Shown here piece after piece: positions 47,411 through 53,175 of a stretch of 53,175 bases of DNA. The stretch's first letter is position 1. Every line of letters begins with the position of its first letter. A program made the translations under genes and the position numbers. Below the pieces are notes generated by a model, which was not told the origin of the DNA, searched no databases, and saw only the letters and a list, made by a program, of their open reading frames with translations. The DNA is from a virus. Lineage: Duplodnaviria > Caudoviricetes. Location of the stretch: the IMG/VR virus record IMGVR_UViG_3300032087_001346, positions 1 to 53,175 of that record; one strand, given 5' to 3'.

Positions 47411-48304
47411 TTAAGCTGCTTCAAGATAGTCTGCAAATGCGTTAGAGTTAAGCCATTTACGGACAGTCTCTTGACGCTTGAACAGACTATCACTGTCTGA
47501 ATTACTACGCAACGGAAAACGATCATCGTCATGGCTTGCGTAGTGTGTCATTGAAGAGACAAGAGAGAAGATATTATTTCCTCTCACGTTAGCCTCGTCA
47601 ATGTATTGAGCAAACAACTTTCCAGACAGGCCGTTCTTCTTCTTCGGCTCTTGCTCACTACCAGTGGTGAGTTTACGGAAGAGACGTACAACCTTATCGG
47701 TGTTGTAGATTTTCTTATCTGCCCAGCGCTGATACTGCATGACAATATCTTGATGACGCTCAATAGAGTTATCGAAGGCAGAGATAAACCCATCGACATT
47801 AAAGTTCTTCGTATGCCTACGCCGAGTAACATCATAATCACCAAGGATCATTCCGTTAGTGCAGAAGAAGTCAATCGCTCCACCGTGGAACACAACAGAG
47901 GAAGAGCCATCGAAGGTGTTTTTCAGAACAAACCGCAGGCCAATATTTGTCTTGTGTCCTGTATCAGTTTCTACCTCCTTCTGCATACGAGGAAGAATAT
48001 ATTCTGAGTAACAGACAGCGCCATTCTTCGCAATGTGATCCTTGATCTTGATATTTTCAAGGACAACAGGATCGAAGTGGTTTATCATCTGGTGCTGCAT
48101 AGGCATGAGAATTTCTTCATTCTCTACAACCCGATACTTTCTATTGACGATAGACAACAAAGTATCTTGCTCCGAAATACCATCACCACGGGTGAGCATC
48201 TTGTAGTTGTCTCCCGCAATGCCTGTACAAGCACCAATAACATCTTGCTCGTACACCTTAAAGAAAACTTCTCTGTCGTTGGTAGTGGTAAGTTGATTCA
48301 ACAT
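47411..48304 (-). CDS. DUF932-like protein
   Basis: IV..KY.VV.N, N.FDGS, FCTNG, R.HT; likely start 48304. Confidence 0.8.
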   Translation of the reverse strand: MLNQLTTTNDREVFFKVYEQDVIGACTGIAGDNYKMLTRGDGISEQDTLLSIVNRKYRVVENEEILMPMQHQMINHFDPVVLENIKIKDHIAKNGAVCYSEYILPRMQKEVETDTGHKTNIGLRFVLKNTFDGSSSVVFHGGAIDFFCTNGMILGDYDVTRRRHTKNFNVDGFISAFDNSIERHQDIVMQYQRWADKKIYNTDKVVRLFRKLTTGSEQEPKKKNGLSGKLFAQYIDEANVRGNNIFSLVSSMTHYASHDDDRFPLRSNSDSDSLFKRQETVRKWLNSNAFADYLEAA

Positions 48305-48317
48305 GATGTGATTCTCC

Positions 48318-48557
48318 TTAGTTTTCACACTTTTCAGGTACAACAATTATAGTCTCGTTTAGTTTATTTTCAAGATGTTTTATTCTTTCTTTTAAGGTAA
48401 GAATATCAGCATCTTGTGCAGCGTCATCGACTATACCCTTAACGCTAGTTGCTGCTCCACCCACCAATGCTGCGGCAGGTAGAACGGCACAGCCGGATAG
48501 ACTAAAGATCACAGCCGACCCGACAATGAATGGTGCAAGCAATGGTTTATGCTTCAA
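48318..48557 (-). CDS. Early lipoprotein
   Basis: Signal peptide with LSGC lipobox. Confidence 0.65.
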   Translation of the reverse strand: MKHKPLLAPFIVGSAVIFSLSGCAVLPAAALVGGAATSVKGIVDDAAQDADILTLKERIKHLENKLNETIIVVPEKCEN

Positions 48558-49056
48558 GAGATTTCTCCGTCGCTAGTTCTTGTTCATACCAGAATGGTAT
48601 TTCACTGTAGTTCCACTTAGCAATTTCTCTTTTACTCCCTACGTAGTAGTTGTGATATGCTTTGACCGTTGAGTTATGCTTGTATTCATCTGGCATACAC
48701 TGCGGCGGTTCTCTCCACTCACCCTTGGGAATTTCATACGGCAGGTTAGACAGGTTCTGTACTATGCCTTTGCGTTCTGTCGCATGAACTTTACCATAGC
48801 GGCGAGTGTATTCTTTACAAGTCTCGTAAAGTAATGCCCACAACCATTTGTAATGCTTATCGTTTTCTCTTGCCCATACAGCGGATGGGTGGTTTTTGTG
48901 GGTTGACTTGTAACATTCGATTGATGGTACACCGTCTAGTTCATGGTGTGCTGTTGATAGTAGTTGTGCATACTCAAGGATCATCTTGACTATGTGTTTA
49001 TCGCAATGCCATTGAGCAGCAGTTTGCGGGTGTGGTGAGAGATAAAATATATTCAT
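48547..49056 (-). CDS. Pyrimidine-dimer DNA glycosylase / DenV-like family protein
   Basis: MNIF.L..A..HCDKH.VKM.LE.AQLL..H.NHP..W..PQCMP. Confidence 0.8.
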   Translation of the reverse strand: MNIFYLSPHPQTAAQWHCDKHIVKMILEYAQLLSTAHHELDGVPSIECYKSTHKNHPSAVWARENDKHYKWLWALLYETCKEYTRRYGKVHATERKGIVQNLSNLPYEIPKGEWREPPQCMPDEYKHNSTVKAYHNYYVGSKREIAKWNYSEIPFWYEQELATEKSLEA

Positions 49057-49062
49057 TGATGA

Positions 49063-49413
49063 TTACCTCTTTACTGCATCGCCAATCCATGAGAAAGTGA
49101 CAATTTCTTTTGTCTTGTCTGGTGTTTCACCATTCACAGGACAACGCTTGATAATAATATTATCCCTAGTACCTATTACCAAGTTTATCATCTTAGCTAT
49201 GAATGCAGACCGTTCGCTATCCTCATCATCTTTCCAGAATATTCTCGAACATACCTCTCTCATTTTATATTCTGGATAAAACTCTATGTAAGCGGTTATT
49301 TGCTCCTTGGCTGTTGTCATTTCTCCAAGTACAAACTCTTGTCCTTTCCGCTGATGCCTTCTACAGGTCATCGACTCGTACCTTTCCCTCAATAGTGAGA
49401 GATGAATTTTCAT
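49063..49413 (-). CDS. Hypothetical protein (start uncertain)
   Basis: ORF in the early operon. Confidence 0.55.
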   Translation of the reverse strand: MKIHLSLLRERYESMTCRRHQRKGQEFVLGEMTTAKEQITAYIEFYPEYKMREVCSRIFWKDDEDSERSAFIAKMINLVIGTRDNIIIKRCPVNGETPDKTKEIVTFSWIGDAVKR

Positions 49414-49543
49414 TCATAAAGAATGTTACTTCCTCACGATTGCCATCGTCACAAGTAACTTCTACTGTTAAAGTAGAATAACCGTCTCGTTGTGTTTGCT
49501 TCATAACAACATCTTCGACTCGGTGAATACTGATATTAGCCAT
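49361..49543 (-). CDS. Small hypothetical protein
   Basis: AAGGAG RBS; ISIH.V. Confidence 0.7.
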   Translation of the reverse strand: MANISIHRVEDVVMKQTQRDGYSTLTVEVTCDDGNREEVTFFMNENSSLTIEGKVRVDDL

Positions 49544-49635
49544 TGTCTTTTCTCCTTGATGGTTACGCTAATGCTATGTAAATGATGAGAAAAATTAAGG
49601 TTATTCCCACTGCTTGCAGGTACACTCCTAACATC

Positions 49636-49779
49636 CTACACCTTCCCCGTCAAACAAAACATACGAAAAGAATCGTATTCTTTCTTACGCAACTCCTCAT
49701 TATTCCACCATGAGGGTAGTGGTTTGATATTCTTTTCGTAAGCGTTGATCCAGTCTTTGTAAGTTATTTCTACTTTCAT
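49636..49779 (-). CDS. 47-aa hypothetical protein (not in ORF track)
   Basis: MKVEITYKDWINAYEK..; ATGA coupling. Confidence 0.55.
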   Translation of the reverse strand: MKVEITYKDWINAYEKNIKPLPSWWNNEELRKKEYDSFRMFCLTGKV

Positions 49780-49982
49780 TCTTCATACTCCTTTGCAGAT
49801 GGATAATCTTCTAGCAGTTCAGCCAAATCGTTATAGTAATCCTCGACGACAACCCGCCCCGTACCATGACAGGACAGACAATCATTCTCCTGTGAGGATG
49901 GGTCGTTGGGATGACCTATAGTATATTTACCATGCCCTTCACACTCCCAGCAATCTACTGTAAATCTCTTTACCATTTCCAT
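49776..49982 (-). CDS. Small CxxCxGxG zinc-finger protein
   Basis: CWECEGHG..CLSCHGTG. Confidence 0.75.
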   Translation of the reverse strand: MEMVKRFTVDCWECEGHGKYTIGHPNDPSSQENDCLSCHGTGRVVVEDYYNDLAELLEDYPSAKEYEE

Positions 49983-50080
49983 TTACCTTTCGTTTTTACT
50001 ATTCGTGTTAGGTCATACAATATCCATATTAGATAGGGAATAAGTGTAGCAAGACAGATTACACCAAGTATTTCTATCAT
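49970..50080 (-). CDS. 36-aa membrane peptide (not in ORF track)
   Basis: MIEILGVICLATLIPYLIWILYDL...; ATGA coupling. Confidence 0.55.
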   Translation of the reverse strand: MIEILGVICLATLIPYLIWILYDLTRIVKTKGKWKW

Positions 50081-50244
50081 GTTAGTTTGTACTCCCAAAA
50101 TAGCTTGGCAAAGTACATTTTGTCGTCTTCGTATAGTTCTTCCCATTGTCTTGTAAACCCTCTATCCTCTGCTGCATCTTCCTCGAGTTTATAGTAAAAT
50201 TCTTGTATCTCCTCGTCTATCATCTTTTCCGATTCGCTCATCAT
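50077..50244 (-). CDS. 55-aa highly acidic protein
   Basis: 17 D/E; AGGAG RBS; likely start 50244. Confidence 0.7.
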   Translation of the reverse strand: MMSESEKMIDEEIQEFYYKLEEDAAEDRGFTRQWEELYEDDKMYFAKLFWEYKLT

Positions 50245-50257
50245 GTAACATCTCCTG

Positions 50258-50275
50258 TATTTCACTAGTGTAATT
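50258..50275. repeat. 18-bp quasi-palindrome, inverted copy of 51093-51110
   Basis: TATTTCACTAGTGTAATT. Confidence 0.85.
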
Positions 50276-50963
50276 AGTCGATTACAAATCCAGTTACATC
50301 CTTTTTCGCTTTGCCTTTGGCATACAGCGCCACGACCACGTTATCAGGATCAAGAAAGCGTAGGTCGTCCGCATCGCCGTTGATAACTTTACGGCCTAGA
50401 AAAGTATCTGGAATATTGTTCTTGTCTCGAAACACTACGGCTAGGTTTGCGCCGTAAGTGTTTGCATATTCTACTACTTTGTCTCGATATGTATCGTTCG
50501 CCTCGGAATAAGAAAGTGTGAGGTGATAATTGCTAGGCCAATGCTTCGCGACTCGATTGTAGACCTTGGTGTAGTCATAGAATTGAATGCGTGGGTAATC
50601 CTCTATGATCTTGCGCCAGTGGTAGTCGCTTGTTCCGTTTAGTCTCACGACAGGCTGTATGCCTTTGCGTTCGCAATACTTTTGAAACTTGTCCAAATCC
50701 TTGCGGAGTAGCGCATCAAACTCCTCTGGTAGTCGCAGCAATAGTTTTGCTTTTCTATGCCGCGCGGCTTGTACTGTATTGAGTGCGCCTCGCCCCGCCG
50801 TGTTAAGACAACCCGCCTTACATCCCGCTTGCCTTGCCATAGGACATAGAAAATCGTCGGGTAGTAGATACATGATTGCCGTGAGATATTCTGACCCATC
50901 ACCCTTGATTGTCTTTGCGTTATTTCCTACGCCTAGCAGTTTCAATCCGTTTACTTTAGCCAT
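50274..50963 (-). CDS. GP88-like protein (radical-SAM-like Cys triad)
   Basis: N.KT.K, CP.A...GC...CL..AGRG, VRLNGTSD, QFYDYTK, NYHLT.S, GD..DLRFLD. Confidence 0.8.
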   Translation of the reverse strand: MAKVNGLKLLGVGNNAKTIKGDGSEYLTAIMYLLPDDFLCPMARQAGCKAGCLNTAGRGALNTVQAARHRKAKLLLRLPEEFDALLRKDLDKFQKYCERKGIQPVVRLNGTSDYHWRKIIEDYPRIQFYDYTKVYNRVAKHWPSNYHLTLSYSEANDTYRDKVVEYANTYGANLAVVFRDKNNIPDTFLGRKVINGDADDLRFLDPDNVVVALYAKGKAKKDVTGFVID

Positions 50964-51064
50964 AGTCTTATCCTTTCAAAAGTACCTAAAGGGGCATGTT
51001 AAGTAGAGAATAATTCCGAGTAGCACAAATGGAATTGCGCTAATTAGAGATATATCCATATTTA
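50961..51064. repeat. Direct repeat copy 2 (circular overlap); includes the 27-aa peptide ORF at 50976-51059
   Basis: Matches 1-104. Confidence 0.95.
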
Positions 51065-51092
51065 GTTCGCCTCACATTGTTGTTTGATGGTG

Positions 51093-51110
51093 AATTACAC
51101 TAGTGAAATA
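51093..51110. repeat. 18-bp quasi-palindrome
   Basis: AATTACACTAGTGAAATA. Confidence 0.85.
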
Positions 51111-51112
51111 GA

Positions 51113-51277
51113 CTAGTCTCTTAGCCATTGTTTGAACGTCTTTGGGTATTCATCCCGCGCCACGCACCACACATAGCATTCGTACCGCTCTACCAATTTG
51201 GGCGGTGCTTCTGGTTCTGTCTGTAGTTGAAGCGCCACAAAGCGCCTAATACTTGCGTCGGTTTTCATTCCTGTCAT
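51113..51277 (-). CDS. 54-aa phage early protein (not in ORF track)
   Basis: MTGMKTDAS..ERYECY..PKTFKQWL; AAGGA RBS. Confidence 0.7.
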   Translation of the reverse strand: MTGMKTDASIRRFVALQLQTEPEAPPKLVERYECYVWCVARDEYPKTFKQWLRD

Positions 51278-51325
51278 TATGTTATCCTTTTCTGTTTTTT
51301 TACCCTTCTGGATGTTAAGAAAGCA

Positions 51326-51697
51326 TAATTTACACTCAAGATTTTCTGCAAAACAAAGGATTTATAAATATATAATTTTTAATCAAATCAGTGCTCCAGT
51401 TATTGAAAAAAAAAGAGGATGGCATGTTAGAAAACCTTTGGATTTAGATTTAATTAAAAAGGGAGCAAAAAAATTAGTTGGAACTCATGATTACTCTACT
51501 TTTAGATCTTCAAGCTGCCATGCTAAAAGTCCAATTAAGACAATTAAATCAGTGAAAGTTAAATCATTGAAAAGTAAAATAGAAATTGAATTTAACTCAC
51601 AATCTTTTTTACAGCAACAGGTTAGATCTATGGTTGGTTGCTTAAAATACTTAGGTGAAAAAAAATGGGATTTACAAAAATTTAATAAGGTGCTCTC
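51326..51697 (+). pseudogene. truA: Internal fragment of tRNA pseudouridine synthase A (bacterial, very AT-rich)
   Basis: HSRFSA..R.Y.Y, GTHDYSTFR, SFLQQQVRSMVG; both ends missing. Confidence 0.85.
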
Positions 51698-52085
51698 TAA
51701 TTCTTCTTTCTCAGAAACTAGTACTTTTATTAAATTATTCTCTGCAGTAGATTCATCAAATTCAGCAATTTTAATAGTATTTTTATAAATAGATTTTTTC
51801 TTTTTGTAATGAACTTTTATCTCATAATTACCTGAAAGTAATTCAATTTTAAAAACTGTATTTCTTGTATTTTGTGAAATTAACAGAGTCATATCTTTAA
51901 AATTCTGAGAAATTAAATATACCATTCTCCATTTCCAAAACTGAAACTTCTTTGTAACTGTATAAAGTTTATTTTCTTTAGCATCTTTAATTTCTGCACA
52001 AGTTTTTCCAAACTCCATATACCAAAAAGAACTAAAAATAAGTTCTTTAGCATTTTCTTTAGTTAAATAAAGTTCATTGTTATTC
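51690..52085 (-). pseudogene. Fragment of an unrelated AT-rich bacterial gene
   Basis: Open frame ELYLTKEN..KKFQFWKWRMVY..KIAEFDE with abrupt composition and homology changes at both ends. Confidence 0.5.
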
Positions 52086-52801
52086 TGTTCTATTTCGTAC
52101 CACCAGTTGTAGTCGTAATAACCTTTATCAAATACATAGGTGGCACCCTCTTCTATTTCTGTTTCTCGCCCAACTTCCACGTCATTAATATTGGGCGCTG
52201 TCATCTTCATTTGCACCGGCAATTCCTGTTTAGGTGCGTAGATCATGTGGACTTTTAGCCCTTGCGTTCGATAATTATGATTATCCTTTGTCCATTCATC
52301 ATACCCTAGGCCCTTAAGGGGAATGGGGCTTGAGTCAATCAAGTACAGCAAGTCTTTTAACTCACTTCTAACCTGCCTGTGAGCTTCGCCTATTAGCCTC
52401 CCGCAAACATGTTCGAACAACTCACAGCTTCGATTTCTATTGGCATCAGCCAATGTAGAGCGCTTAATTTCGCGAGTGCCCAGATGGTAATGCTGCTCTT
52501 TATGACCGTTAAAGCTTGCTTTCAATTCTCGCAAACTTTCGCACCCCGAAACCTGTGCATATATCATCGCAATCAGTTGATCCCAACTGGTAAACCCTTT
52601 GTTGTGTTTGTCATTACCTTGCTGATCAACTATTTTTTCAAAACTTCCTCGAGGAAGGCCTTTCATTAGATCTCTAAATCGTGTATTTCTATACATCTTG
52701 CAGCACCTAAGTTTCGAGTCGTGTCTTAACTTTGTACCTTTATAGGTCAGGTGCTGCAACCCTTCTTAATCAATCCCCCAATTTTATTCCGGACAGTAGT
52801 G
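52085..52801 (-). mobile_element. Truncated IS4-family element (DUF4372 + DDE transposase N-terminal half)
   Basis: FTSWDQL.AM.YAQ..ESLREL, RSTLADAN, IDSS, LKVH, YVFDKGY; start about 52696; left end CACTACTGTCCGG at 52801. Confidence 0.85.
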
Positions 52802-52820
52802 CGCCTACGCGGGAATGACG
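52802..52820 (+). repeat. REP-like half element abutting the IS end
   Basis: CGCCTACGCGGGAATGACG resembles the widespread ..CCCGC..GCGGGAATGAC proteobacterial repeats. Confidence 0.5.
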
Positions 52821-53175
52821 ACGGTGGGATATTATAGTGTAAGGGGTAAACCTCTATACATGAATTTGTCAGCTATCGGGAACATATTTAGCCAATTTCA
52901 GATGTAGTGTCTGAGTCTCAAATTAGCACACATTCGTCATTACCACGTAAAGCGGCAAAATACAGAATTCATTGTTTTAAAAAGGCTTAGTGCCTGTCCA
53001 CTTCGAACTAAAAATCAAGCACATAGCCAGTACAAGTTGACTATGAACTACGGTTTTACACCTCAAGCATAACTAATCAGGCTTTCATCACCATTTTCCA
53101 GTAAATGATTCACTTGGTTAAAAGTCAGCAAGTCGGTTTTATGAGGTTTTACTAATAGTTCACTAAAGCTTGTGT

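Larger units (their letters stand above)
1..51335. mobile_element. Near-complete podovirus-like dsDNA phage genome, circularly permuted, two convergent arms
   Basis: TerL/portal/scaffold/MCP/tail/ejection genes on +; T7-like replication genes on -; end overlap 1-104 = 50961-51064; no integrase or RNA polymerase seen. Confidence 0.95.

Noticed and set aside
2734-50902. Many short ORFs antisense to, or nested in, the main genes
   Set aside because: Shadow frames of well-supported genes, against the strict strand bias of each arm.
51279-51788. Prophage integration into truA, or phage-encoded TruA
   Set aside because: No integrase or att pair; truA is truncated at both ends and followed by unrelated DNA.
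51491-52759. 422-aa transposase fusion protein
   Set aside because: The frame runs through an IS4 N-terminal half, an unrelated fragment and antisense truA; best explained by chimeric joins.

Overview
Bases 1 to about 51,330 are an essentially complete, circularly permuted genome (about 51 kb) of a lytic, probably marine, podovirus-like tailed phage. It has two arms that converge near 30.75 kb. The + arm (2.45-30.7 kb) encodes TerL, a holin-like protein, portal, GroES, scaffold, major capsid, a cluster of small basic proteins, adaptors, tail fibres and internal/ejection proteins. The - arm (51.3 kb down to 30.8 kb, continuing through the overlap from 1.25 kb to 1) encodes early small genes, ThyX, a T7-like primase-helicase, PolA, SSB, Gmd, nucleases, class II RNR, a 2OG-Fe(II) oxygenase, Hsp20, two glycosyltransferases and TerS. 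I found no RNA polymerase, integrase or tRNA. Bases 1-104 recur at 50961-51064, and the two copies flank different alleles of the same locus. The last 1.85 kb or so looks like a chimeric assembly tail: a truA fragment, an unrelated AT-rich gene fragment and a truncated IS4-family element. The most interesting candidates are: (1) a virion glycosylation system (GT, GT-methyltransferase-Maf fusion, Gmd) matched by pervasive [V/T]S[A/V/T] motifs in outer virion proteins; (2) a roughly 500-nt structured non-coding RNA behind the first early promoter; (3) a shared x-x-x-GG motif in internal proteins; (4) a ROSE-like RNA thermometer on a self-contained hsp20 cassette; (5) an unannotated metallothionein-like ORF; (6) CACTAGTG palindromes linked to a gene-cassette indel. 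All family calls come from motif recognition by eye; no database search was run.
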